A stretch of 64,000 nt of DNA, from contig CM074811.1 of assembly GCA_037447605.1 (NCBI GenBank), positions 3,162,001-3,226,000 on the forward strand. The letters are read 5' to 3'. The DNA comes from Zygnema circumcarinatum SAG 698-1b (Eukaryota; Plantae; Zygnematophyceae). Below the pieces are notes generated by a model. It was given only the letters and a program-made list of their open reading frames with translations. It did not search any database and was not told the origin of the DNA. Numbering within the stretch: the first letter of the stretch is position 1; the number at the start of each line of letters is the position of its first letter. The translations under genes and the position numbers were made by a program. Positions 52,232-64,000 of this stretch are shown here, piece after piece.

Positions 52232-54600
52232 ATGGCCGCCGCCTTCGCCGGCGCCTCTTTTTTTTCGGCGGCCGCCGTAAAGACTGCCCGAGCTGACCGG
52301 GAAACTTTTTTGCTTGGAGGTGGAACGGGTGAGGCCCTGAACCCTGGGAAGGAATCCCGCGGAAAAAAAAAAAAATGGGGAGGGAGGGAAATTAGAAGTT
52401 GGAGTTTTTGAACCAATCTGAACCGTAACAGTGCGCCGCGTGATTTTTTTCGTAATTTTTTTTGAAAATTTTTAAACCCTAAATTTTGAATTCTGATTCA
52501 TACACCCTAAACTCTATAAAAAAAGTTCGTTTAAAAATGTAAATGCCATAAACCCTGAACCCGGGGCTTAAATCTGTGGGTTCAGTTCGTAGGGTTCAGG
52601 GGCTTGGCTTTGCCCATCCCACTAAAAAACATATATATATATAATTTTTTTTTGCATTGAATATTTTTTCACACAATTTGCAGAATCGCAAAAGTTTGCA
52701 GTCCGTCGGACGGCTCCTGCAAGGAGGCACGAGCCAACCAGGTCAGGCCACGTGGCAGTCCGTAGCCATGCAGAGGCCCCTGTTGACGTGGACCGTGCCA
52801 CGTGTCCACACGTGAAGGCTGAAGTGGATCTGGCGTCGTTCGAGGCGATCGATATTAGGGTCGGCTTGGTGGTGGGTTCGAGCCCTTAATTCCTTAAACC
52901 CTAAATTTCTTAACTCGTCATTCCTTAAACCCTAATGTTCTTACACCCATCATTTATTAAACCCTAAATTTTTTGAACCCTAAATTTCTTAAACCCTAAA
53001 TTTCTTAAACCCATAATTCCTTAAACCCTACATTCCTTGAACCCTACATTCCTTGAAACCTAAATTTCTTAAACCCTAAGGTTATTAAACCCTGAATTCC
53101 TTGAATCCATCATTTCTTAAACCCTAATTAATCAAGAAAAACTTATAAATAATAAGCATCGTGCCCCCTCCTCCAATTTCTTCCTTTTTTCTTTCGTTTT
53201 TTTTTTTACACTATGTTTGGGAACAGACAGATGCGAAATCGATACTTGACAAGGAGATGTCGGAGAAGAGGGGGAAGCCGACTCCAAGCAGAAAATTTCT
53301 CCAATTGGAGGTGGAGCAGCTCCCTTCATAACTGGCTACCAAAGTAGAGAAAAAGAAAAAAATTAAAGGAGACGAAAGTAAAAACGAGGGAAAGAAGCGA
53401 ATTAAGAAACCTCTCTATGTTTGGATCTAAATCTCTTCGTTACACTTATGTTAATTCTGCAAAAAGAAAATTGAAAACGAAATTTGACATTCCATTCGTT
53501 TACATGACATCCGTTGTTTTCGTTTTTGTTTCTTTCTTTTAAAATTATTTACTTATTTACTTATTACTTTTTTGGGTTTGAATTCATTCCCAGGTGGATA
53601 TCGGCTGCGAGGTCCGCACGGTCATTTCCGAGTGTCGCTTTTTGATGGACGTGGAGGACGCGGTGGGGAAGAAGGTGCTCTTTGTGGCCAACCTTCCCAA
53701 GACGGAAATCGAGGGCATTGAAAGCCACGGTACGTCCCCCCCCTCTCTCTCTCTCTCAATCTCTCCTCTCTCTCACTCTCTCTCTCTCAATCCTCTCTCG
53801 CTCTCTCTCCCCTCCTCTCTCTCTCTCTCTCTCTTTCTTTCTCTCTCACTCTCTCTCTCTATCCTCTCTCGCTCTCTCTCCTCTCTCTCTCTCCCTCTCT
53901 CTCTCTCTTTCTTTCTCTCTCTCTCTCTCTCGTTCTCCACGAATGGGGACAATGAAGATGACGAGGTCCTCATGTCGTAGACAAGAAAAGGAGTAATAAT
54001 TTAATAATGATGTTGATTGCTTCATGTTCATGAGGTGCCATGTGATGCTTTTATGAGGCATACCATACCCTTCTGTGACGGGCCCATGGGCACATGTAGT
54101 AAAACGAGTCATGCAATTAAAACTACATATCTAGTACCACTCCTTCCCTGCCGTTCATGGCCAAATGCACCTCCATACTTAACGCTGTCATCAGTCCCTC
54201 TGTATGTTTTCCCCTTTCCCTCCCCTCCCATTTCTCCTTCCCTCCCGTTCCCCTCCCCTCCCTCCCCTCCCCCTCCGCTCCCTTCCCTCCCCACCCTTCC
54301 CCTCCCCTCCCGTCCTTCCCCTTCCCCTCCNNNNNNNNNNTCCCTTCCCCTCCCCTCCCCTCCCTTCCCCTCCCTCCCCTCCCCTCCCCCCCCTTTCCCT
54401 CCCCTCCCTTCCCCTCCCCTCACCGCTCCCTCCCTCCCTCCCTCCCTCCCGCCCTGCCTCTTTCCTGCTTTGCAGGCGTGATCCTCGCGGGGCTGAACTA
54501 CGACCCCACGCCCATGCCCCGCAGCTTCAAGCTCATCCTGCCCGGCCTCGGCCGCCTCCCGCCCGGCTCGCAGGTGCTCACAGCCGCGATTCCTCGGTAG
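52232..54600 (+). CDS. Stand-alone tRNA-binding OB-fold protein (Trbp111/CsaA/MetRS C-domain-like) with transit-peptide-like N-terminus
   Basis: Exons 52232-52328, 52684-52871, 53227-53310, 53594-53729, 54476-54600. FEAIDIRVGLV...KFLQLEVDIG...RTVIS...GKKVLFVANLPKTEIEGIESHGVILAG...LPPGSQV. Confidence 0.8.
52885..53130 (-). repeat. Telomere-like (ttaaaccctaa) array in intron 2 of the OB-fold gene
   Basis: Repeated ttccttaaaccctaaatttc units. Confidence 0.8.
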
Positions 54601-56646
54601 CTCGCAGGGTTTAAGGTTCAGGGGTTTAGGGTTGAGGGTTCGTATGTTTAGCTTTTTTTTTATGTTGGAAGACGAGGCACGCTTGGAGTCATGAGGATTG
54701 GCATGGACAGTCCCAAACGTTGTTGTACAAACGGTTGAAATCGACAGACCATGCGTGTAACAAGACCAAGACCTATCTCCGGCAGGGATGGCCCGCACGT
54801 GCGAATTTAAATTTTCTAATTTCCGATTTCAAACTCGGTGTTTTCAACCAATGATATTGGAGCGAGATAAATTCTAAACCAATTTTTAACTAATTCGGAA
54901 TACTGTACGGACCACAGAAGTTGCCACAAGAGTTGTCACTTGTAATTTGTTTTTAAACGTGATGTGACGGGGTGTGATGTCACCATGACATCATTGCAAC
55001 ATGGCGTGATGCCATCCATAGTGTTTTAATATTGGATTTTGAATCGTTTATAATTTTAAAACAGTTCTTTTACCTTAATGTTAACAGTAATAATAACTTT
55101 ACGGCCATCCCTAATCTCCGGTCCTTCAGGCCAGAATGCCAATTTCCTAGCAGAGCCATAAGTGCCATATTAGCCTGTGTGTCCCCCCGCGTTGAACCTT
55201 ATAAGTGGCAGTACGGACTGATAGGCGCACATTCCAATCTTGGATTGACCAATCGGGGGCCAACCTAGAGATTGACCAACAACAAGTCCAACATGAGGTC
55301 TGCCCCGTCCCATGACGAGAGCCAAGAGCAGGCTGTGCCTACCACAGTAACACGATGGAATGTGAAGTGTACGGACTATACAAGGAGAGAGACAATGGCA
55401 TTGAACCCACGATGGCGAGGCCATCGAATGTACATGGACAAAAGCAGCATGGGGAACCACGAGGAACTAGCGAACACTCTATACAAGAGGGTCTGATGGT
55501 AACAGTGCTTGCTGGAGCTGTGACGTGTCACGTATGTACCATGGGTCATGTTCACATGATGTGAACGAGTCTGCATTGTTGTACAAAAGTACAATCGTAC
55601 AACCCTAAAAACCCTCAAAACCCTAAAATAAGTAAAGTGTACCAAGAGGGTACAAATAGAAGAACATGACCTGCGGAGTGCGCATCCATGGGAGGACCTG
55701 CAGACGCCTTCGCTCCGCCTGCATGCTCGGGGTTGGAGTTAGGGTTTAGGGCTTTCCAAATTCGGGTTTAAGATTCTTTGCGATGGAAGGACGGCGTACG
55801 GGCTGCGGCCCAACGGGTGGGATTGTATTGACAGTAGGGGCTGTACGGCGTATCCGCGAGTTCAGGGAGACGGAAGCGCGTGCATTGGCACTGGGACTGA
55901 ACGGAACGGCGCGCACGCGGAACGGGACGGGATACAGTTTCACGGTCCCATGGACATGCGCTGCATGGCGACGCCGCCCAACCAATCTGGGCCGTCCGAT
56001 TCTTGCGATGGAGAATCTGGGCCATCGATTGGGCAGACACTTCATCACTCGGCGGCCTCGCTTGAGCCGCGCATTTGAGCTCCGACGCCCGTGAAATTGA
56101 GAGAGGCTGAAAGGCGCTGTTCTCAAGATTGCTAACACTCCCATTGGCTGAAAAAAAGTGCATGCACATGCACGTGTCACGGTCACCCATCGTTGAATCC
56201 GATGGACAGATAAAAGAAGTGACTTGGCCACAAAATAGCATCATTGGAAACCCTGCAGCAGCTCGCGTTCAAAATTTCAGTAAAAACTGATTTTTCTTAA
56301 TATCAAAGGAGAGATCCGACAGGTCATGCCCAAAATTCTCTCCAACAACCAAATACACATAAAAATATATAATGCCGAGATCCCACCATTGCCTATTTCC
56401 TAATCACCAGCTTCCCTATTTCCTAATCACCAGCTTCCCCTGGAAGTACCCAATATTCCCCACGAGTCCCAACAGGAATCAGCAAATCTTCAACAGAACG
56501 TCTACGAATCGTATTTTCCAGTTCACCGACTCGTAGAAACAGCACACCGCATAACTTTTTACACTCTCAGCCTCTTAAGAGTTCAAAAACTCGAGACCAA
56601 GGACACCAAAACGTTGCACGAGTGCTGTCCGCACATCGACCGACGC

Positions 56647-57174
56647 TCAGCACGAAGCGGAGAAGATGCCGTTGCTGTTGACCGCAGTGCAACCCACACT
56701 GCGAGCGAGCACCTCCAACGAGTAGGTCCCCACAAGAGCAGTGAAGTACGCCGGGCAGCTGGACGGGGCAGCGCCGGACAGCACCCCCACAGCGAGCAGA
56801 CTGGGGGTCAGAGTGACGAGAGGGCCGCCTCCCATCCCTCCCTCCACAGACAAGTCCTCGCACAGAACGTTCGTGGAGTAGCCCTGGCAGCCGCGCGAGA
56901 GAGGCAGCACCGTCACGTCATAGACGATGCTCTTGCCGTCGACTGTCTGGGCGGGATACCCAAAAGCAGCGCGCGGAAATGGGGCTGGCACGGCGCTGGT
57001 CCACTTGAAGGCTTGTCCGACGAGGGGCGAAATCAGCTTCACAACGGCGATGTCGCTGCCGTCAAAGAGTGTGTTGACAAACGAGGCCGCGTTGATGAAG
57101 GCAGTGAAGATCGTGTTGAAACGGTGCCCCCTGTCCTGCTGGAGGATGCCTCTGATGAGGACATCTCTCCACGC
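56647..57174 (-). pseudogene. Trypsin-like (S1, V8/glutamyl-endopeptidase type) protease C-terminal exon lacking catalytic Ser; 5' part missing
   Basis: 175 open codons: SDIAVVKL (Asp site), FGYP, and GGMGGGPLV where GxSGGP is expected. No His-containing N-terminus before the gap and foldback element. Confidence 0.6.
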
Positions 57175-57291
57175 CTAGGACTAGGAGACGCCACCTTTGC
57201 GGAAGCACAAGATCTCACTCACAAAGCTTAAAACAGCCCCAAGCAAAGAATGAAAGACAGAACAGAAAGAAATGAATTAAGNNNNNNNNNN

Positions 57292-59152
57292 CCGTACAGG
57301 ACAAGGATGTCTGCGGCCTAGGGATGTACATTTGTCCGTACAAGCGGCTTTCGGAGTTTTTAGGTTTCGGATTTAGATTGTTCTAATGCCTAAAAGTTTC
57401 AGAACAGTTTTACAATGAACCCTTTTCTTACAAATTTCGATTGGAATTCTCCGACACGGCCCTGCGCTTTCATGCCCATCGCAACGGCCGTGTTGGGACC
57501 AACGCCACTTCCCCCCGCGGGCGCTGAGCCAAAAAGCCTAACGGAATGGCGTTGACGCGCATCGTAATCATCACAAGATGCCAAGCTCCTCCGTACACAA
57601 ACTTGTCGTCTGGTGGTGCAGTTGGGGACCGGTTTCGAAAGTCAAGATTCGATTCTTGAAAATATTCGACTGTATATGTCGGCAGATGACCCTCCCCCAG
57701 AGACCACTCGTCCGCCGGCAAAGGAGTCAAATCAGTTAACGTTTGCCAAAAGGGGGCGACTATTAACAGTGTCCTTTTTCTCAACGTAGTGTACGTTTTC
57801 AATGGGCAGAAAAAAAAAGGTTTTTTTTGGCGAAAAATGCTGTTTCATTCTTTTCTCGTAATAGACAGGCCTTTCGCTTGGCGGATGGTGACGGTATTGT
57901 GGGGGAGTCGACTCACCGGGGCCAAACTACCTTCCGCCGAGCCCGGCGGCCAATTCCGCTACGGCAGGTCTTTTCGCCAAAAGTGGACGCTCGGCTGCGT
58001 TCGCCGAGCCCAGATTCATTTTTGCAACTCCATTTCGGCACGATCGGGTCGCATAAAGTTCGGGGGAGCCGCTCCTAACCTAATCCCCTAATCGAAATCA
58101 ATACCTTCCGCCGGCGGAATCTTCAATTCCGCTACGGCGGTCAAGGTCCCGACTTCCACGTACAAAACGCCGCCGCCTGCTGTAGTATGGGCTGATGATT
58201 GGTTGGCGTAACATATGACGCAGCAGGCATAAAGTCATAACAAGGACGCGACGAAGACGCCGACAAAGTGGGAGTTCAGAGGGTGTTGAAATGGCGAATT
58301 AAACTCTACGTAAAAGATAGGGCACATAACGTGAGTATTGCTCTCGTGAAAAAAATCTGTCGGGCTTTTAATTCGCCATTTCCGACCGTCGTCCGCGACT
58401 CCACTTTTTCTCGCGATCTCGTTTGTCATCACGCCACGGTCCCAAACATACTTGTCACGCCATATGTTAACGCCAATTAATCATGTCAGCCCACGCGGTT
58501 AAGCGCCTCTTTATACCTTGTAGACGCTTCCTAAGTACATTTCAAATCTCCATCCGTACATCAGACGAGAAAAGGTCTGTATCTATTCTGAAAAGTATGA
58601 AACAGCATTTTTCGCCAAAAAAATCGTTTTTTTGCTGCCCGCTGAAAACGTACACTACGTTCAGAAAAAGGACACTGTAAATAGTCGCCCCCTTTTGGCA
58701 AACGTTAACTGATTTGACTCCTTTGCCGGCAGACGAGTGGTCTCTGGGGGAGGGTCATCTGCCGACATATACAGTCGAATATTTTCAAGAATCGAATCTT
58801 GACTTTCGAAACCGGTCCCCAACTGCACCACCAGACGACAAGTTTGTGTACGGAGGAGCTTGGCATCTTGTGATGATTACGATGCGCGTCAACGCCATTC
58901 CGTTAGGCTTTTTGGCTCAGCGCCCGCGGGGGGAAGTGGCGTTGGTCCCAACACGGCCGTTGCGATGGGCATGAAAGCGCAGGGCCGTGTCGGAGAATTC
59001 CAATCGAAATTTGTAAGAAAAGGGTTCATTGTAAAACTGTTCTGAAACTTTTAGGCATTAGAACAATCTAAATCCGAAACCTAAAAACTCCGAAAGCCGC
59101 TTGTACGGACAAATGTACATCCCTAGGCCGCAGACATCCTTGTCCTGTACGG
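57292..59152. mobile_element. Foldback / long-TIR non-autonomous element (large inverted repeat)
   Basis: 57292-~57855 is the reverse complement of ~58590-59152, with mirror ORFs at 57399/58860 and 57470/58714. Looser match extends inward to ~57888/58550. No transposase recognised in the spacer. Confidence 0.75.
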
Positions 59153-59429
59153 CTTCAATCAGAGCTGCGCATCGATTTCCGTACACGCCGGTCCTCCGAA
59201 ACTTGCCATTCAGGCTTACTACGGACATGCATCTGTCCCGCTACAGTACCAAGACCAGAGACGTGCCTAACCTTTTCGTACCGTTCCGTTCTTTTCTTTT
59301 CTTTTAGACACTAGCTAAGGACCGTAAAGTGTACTACGTTGTTCTATACCCCTATTGTACACTACATTCCCCCTCTCGGTCCGCTAGCCACTAAATGGTC
59401 CGACGCCAATCAGTACGGAATTCTTCCAT

Positions 59430-60640
59430 ACCGTTTCCCCGTTGGCCCCCTTGGTCATCATGTCGGCCGCTTGTTCTTTTGTGCCGACAAATCCAATGGT
59501 CAGCAGACCCGTCTTCGACCGCCCTAACGTAATGATATTACTGGAGCTCGATATGCTTCATCTCTTTGTGAAACACCGATTCTCTATCAAAGCAATCGGC
59601 CTTAATCGGGTTTGCCGCGAGGAGATGTAACGGAGCACCGGTGACGCCGGCATTCATCAAAAGTTCCCCGCCGGGATTCCTCCTTGACGCGGCAGCCGCT
59701 GATATACTCGCCAAATTTCCCCCCGTGTTGAAAAGTGCGTAACTCCAGATGCCCCGAGCTTGAGCTCCACGCCACCACCAAGATTAATGAACGCCAGAAT
59801 CTCGAGGTTGATTTGAAGTATCGTAATCGCCCCGCAAAGATCCGTATATCCGTACACTTGGTTCTCTCCTCCTTCATAATTAATCCCGGCGTTTGGCCAT
59901 TACCTTTCTATCTGAAAGATCCTTTTTGACGCCTCCCAATATTATGCGGCCGGGTTCTCCATGTACTTTGAGGCCGCGGCCACCGCTAAGCCAGGTCGTG
60001 CCGAGCCGCACTCATCAAGTGTCATGAGGCTTCCGACGGGGACCAGACGGAACTGAGCCATCTCCTTCGCCTCCCCGCCTTGGGCGACATCGCGACGTGT
60101 GAGGTGGATGGAGGGGTCCATGGGACTGGTAACAGGCCCGAGTCCCGTGATCCCAACTTCAAGGATGTCCCCGCATATTTCTCCCCGAGAGAGAAATAAG
60201 CTCCCTCCCCGCCTCTTGAGCCGATCCCTAATAGATACTCTCCTAAGTCCGGGACATCCGGAAGTTAGACTTGAGGAGGTCCTTGAGGTTCTGAATTCTA
60301 CCATGGAGGGGCTGATGATGATGAGGTCGTCCAATGTGCATATCCCCACGCATATCAAGCATTCAAGCACCCCCCTCTCCTTTCTCATATATAACCTAAT
60401 GGTTAGTCTCAAACCTTGCAAATCCATTCTGTTGCAAAAGGTTATTTATCTTCACACACCAGATCCTTGGGGTCCTCTTGAGCTGATGAACATTCATATT
60501 CTCAGTAGCAGCCTATGCAAAGCAAAGATCGCAATGCATTGAGTTTCACTATGGTGGAGTCAACTAGATCGTTAGGCGACCTCCATCTTACTCCTCTCGT
60601 CCCCTCGATTTCGTGAGAACGGAGCGTAAACTCGCTGCGC
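59430..60640 (-). mobile_element. Decayed Ty1/copia RT-RNase H remnant
   Basis: Frameshifted fragments LKRTPRIW..KINNLLQQNGFARFE, TLDDLIIISPSM, PVGSLM, SKYMENPAA, VYGYTD, VAWSS, FHKEMKHIE, EQAADMMTK. Confidence 0.8.
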
Positions 60641-61049
60641 TATTGTCCGATCAAGACCTCTCGCCCCAGCTTCCGTTTCGCCATCCTCCCGTATTTGCCA
60701 GCCATATGCGGTACCATTGAAAGGTCCGCCTTACTGCTGATGTGGGCTGCGAGGTTCCGCTGGGCTCAAGGATCTATCAACGGTTCGGATGGCGAGCCCG
60801 GGCGTGACCGGGTGACGCTTCCCTCCGGAATCAACTCCATCTCCGCATCCAACGGGCGCCAATTCCGCTTGTCATTACCGCCATGTAGCCAAACGCCGCG
60901 CCACCCACTCGAGGTGTACTAGGGCTGACTCCGGCCCCAGTACTCACCCCGCCGCCGAGTGGCCAAGGCGCTGGGGACTACCCAGACTGGGAGGGAACCC
61001 ATGGCGTCGCAGTGAAGCAACCGGAGCACGCCGTATACGTATATATATA

Positions 61050-64000
61050 TATGTATCAAGGGTCACGATGTGGTCGAGGGATCATGGAATCCCGACCACA
61101 CCTTCCTTACGCTTTGAACGAACCGCCGCCCCAGACAATCACGGTTACCGCTGGTACGATGCATCGCCGGACGCAGCCTCACCCGCCAGGTTCCGACCGC
61201 GGCACCGACGTGACGGTAAGGCGGCGCGCCGCGTTTGCGCGCCGCCGCTACCGCCGAATGCGGGCGAAAGCATTCAGACAGCAGCACCACCCATGCAGTC
61301 GAGGGACACGCGGCAGTTTGCCACGGATGTACCGCCTAATCCTCCATGCTGGTAGGAGGTTCAACGGGAGAAGGTGGTGACTGTCGCCGCCCAACCAACA
61401 TACCGCATACCGGTTGCACGCCTCGCCGCTGGCTGCTCCCACTCAGCTTCTCTCAACCGAAGTGCCGGGTCGAGTGTGATTCCGCAGTCAAGAGGCGGTT
61501 TTCGCCGTTACATTGGTATCGCCGCCATAAGTGTCTTCCTTTCGAGAACCTAGTGGGCCGGTGACCACTGGCCGGGCCGAGGGGACCGGGGCCCTCAAGC
61601 CGCCACCTTCCACCTCCCCTGCCCCTGACGAGATGGAGGAGACTCCGAGACTACCGCCCCTGGAGGGGCCGAGTCCCCAGCCCACAGAGACCAAGGTCAT
61701 CCGTGACCGCCGCTCTCCTTCGTTTCCACCGAGCCGCTGTTCGCAGAATCCACCGATCCTTAGATCGGGCCTCATTACCGTGGGCGCCCTGAAGATGAAG
61801 AAGAGGATCGACAGCCGAGCGGATGTAAGGTACAGGCCGCTGCTGCCACCATGGCCTCAGACGAGGTGTGGACGACATGTGAGCTCACGGGTCCGCCGCC
61901 AGGACACGCCTGTAATGGGAGTTCCGGCCTTTCGGATGTGCTCCGAGATCGGCGAAGGCGCTCAACCCTCCCTCGTGCTGTAGAGGCGATGCGTGTCTTG
62001 GGAAGGTTGACCACCGCTGTAGTATCGCCGCTACCGTTGTCCTAACCGCTGCCGGAAGTACCGCAGAGATCTGACCCCCGCTGATTCAACGAGGGGAGTC
62101 ACCCCCATGGGGTGGCGAACCACCAAAGAAGGGGGGGGACCCCGCCGGGGCAGTTGCCGGCGGCGAGGAGATCCCAGTCCTCGAACTGCTACTCCGCAAC
62201 CTACTGAGGTTGTCCGACGGAATCGGGCCAAAGTGGCCCCGCTTTCCTTTTGGGGCGAACATCCTAACACGGACTGTTCGATTGAGCAGTGGTTAGGCCA
62301 AACGAAGGGTTACCTTCTGGCGACCAACTGTCACCCCATCCAGTAGATAAGCTTTGCTTACCCGGCACTCAGAGGAGCCGCATACCGGGTGTATGAGGGC
62401 CTCTTCCGGCGAATTGGGATTTATTGGGATAAGTTCGTGAGATGAACTTATCAAACACTTTGGGATTCCTTGATCCCGCTTGGAGGCCTCGATAAGTTTA
62501 ACATGGTCCAAACTGCAGCCGCTGGGCAGCTTCGCGAGACTGCTGACAAGTGGTGCCTCGTGATCACCACTCACAAGCCTGGACAGGCTGAGTTCTTTTT
62601 CCACTTCAGGAATGGCNTNAANNNNNACNTGAGNANNCNNCTGCNNANNANNNNNNNNNNNNNNANNNCGTGGGACCCCGNTGANTCNNAGCTGTACTTT
62701 GATGCAGCCATTCAGTTGGACACCGCCCCTGTAGGCGATGCAGGCCCTTCCCGACCCCAGCAGAGGTCGGGCGACGTGACAGGGTCGTGGAAGGCGGGAC
62801 CCTCAGCTCCTGCCAAGATGGCAGGAAAGAATAAGCGGAAGCAGCCGGAAGCGGCTGCCCGCCCACCCACTGCACGGCCGCAGAAGTTGACTCCAGAGGA
62901 AATGGAGAAGATGCAGCGGGAGAACAAGTGTTTCCGTTGCCGCAAGGAAGGGCATAAGGCCCGGGATTGCCCTCTGAACTCCAAGGACAGGAAGGGCAAG
63001 GGGCCGGAAAACCCCAACCCACCAGCAGCTTAGGAGTCGTTGCTGGTGGGGAGGATAGGCTGGGGAATCAGGGAGTCTTGGTTGCCATCACAATTAGGAA
63101 ATTGTTGTTCCTTCGGCCTCTGGATATTGTGAAATTGATGGGCAGACCTTTCGGAGTGCATGACTTGTTGGTTTGTAATGCGCTTCCGGATTCCATTCCT
63201 CTATCCCCTGCCACTGTGGTGACTCCTTCTAGATTTATGGATGTAGTGATGAATGGTGATTGGCATGTCTTTGTCCTCAATGTCATGGGCGATGATGTTC
63301 TCATGCAATGTGCCATGGATGCTTTGCATGTCATGGGAAACACCTCCCATGTCCTTGGGCTGCATGTGCTGGTTCCTCAGCACATGGCAGTTCGCACCTT
63401 TCCCAACGCCACTTGGCGGTTGGTGAAACAGTTGAGGAAAGGGCACACGTTGGTGCAAGAGATGGAAGGATCCACCAGCTTACTGGTTGGATCCCCCTAC
63501 ACCTTGGTGTGGAGGACGGCTCGTCCTCACCCCTCGCATATAGTGCGGTCCATGTTCCATCTTGCCCATCGTGCAATGACCTTCACCGGGTCAGCCAATG
63601 GCCACCCTGCAGTGATACTGCTAGATACTGGGGCAGACGCAAACTTTGTTAGTTCTGCATTTACCCAGAGATTTGGATTGACCACATATCCCCACTCAGA
63701 AAGTGTTACTTTCGGGGATGGACGCAAGGGCCAGATCTCTGGTAGCGTCACACTCAAGATCAAGCTCCAATCGTATTCCGGGGCAGTGAAGTGCCTTCTG
63801 ACACAACTGGCCTCTGGAACGGATGTTATTTTGGGGAGTGCTTGGTTAACCATGGTCAAAGCCCAATTGGACTTTTCCATCCCACACTGTATTCTGCACA
63901 GTGGGGATAGGCGCATCACACTACACCCTGGCAAAACCACATCCACTGCGTTCGCGCAGGTTGATACTCCTTATCTCTGCTCGGCTATGCAGTTGGCCAA
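61050..64000 (+). mobile_element. Ty3/gypsy LTR retrotransposon, 5' part (gag + start of pol)
   Basis: Putative LTR end ...ttaCA at 61512 followed by PBS-like TGGTATC (61514). Degraded gag with zinc knuckle CFRCRKEGHKARDC (~62930-62970). Pol ORF in the -1 frame, open from 63006 to the window end, with aspartic protease LLDTGADANF (63624) and DVILG..WL. Confidence 0.88.

Noticed and set aside
52138-52416. Transit-peptide-like - strand ORF
   Set aside because: It is the antisense shadow of exon 1 of the OB-fold gene, which has the proper ATG and donor on +.
3366-54614. Hundreds of Pro/Leu/Ser- or Gly/Arg/Glu-rich ORFs in the supplied track (e.g. 8091-9482, 39533-41101, 47258-48421)
   Set aside because: They are translations of CT/GA intronic microsatellites, which lack stop codons; the real exons inside them were assigned to spliced genes.
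55000-56570. Several 70-160-aa ORFs on both strands
   Set aside because: They overlap mutually, with no motifs or consistent splice structure.

Overview
Gene-dense eukaryotic nuclear DNA of a green plant lineage. A streptophyte alga is my inference, from plant-type gene families, TTTAGGG/TTAGGG repeats and compact multi-exon genes. Introns are dominated by CT/GA microsatellites, so most ORFs in the supplied track are artefacts; I rebuilt genes by hand from GT..AG junctions and phase. Positions 1-54.6 kb hold about 11 spliced genes: TTN9/Csm1-like, a SulP/SULTR sulfate transporter, DUF1295, AUGMIN2, fibrillin FBN9-like, an orphan secreted protein, an SDR, pTAC12/HEMERA, SAL1-like PAP phosphatase, MYG1, SDH1 and a stand-alone tRNA-binding OB-fold protein, plus a small ORF. 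The last 9 kb are accessory: a Ser-less trypsin-like protease fragment, a ~560-bp-arm foldback inverted repeat, a decayed Ty1/copia remnant and a Ty3/gypsy element whose pol has an unexplained ~190-aa domain before the protease. The best leads are that extra retroelement domain, the head-to-head HEMERA/SAL1 pair sharing a G-box-dense 421-bp promoter, and the foldback element. Several N gaps, a near-exact 1.34-kb duplication and one garbled SDH1 exon show that the assembly is imperfect. Family assignments come from recalled motifs, not from database searches.
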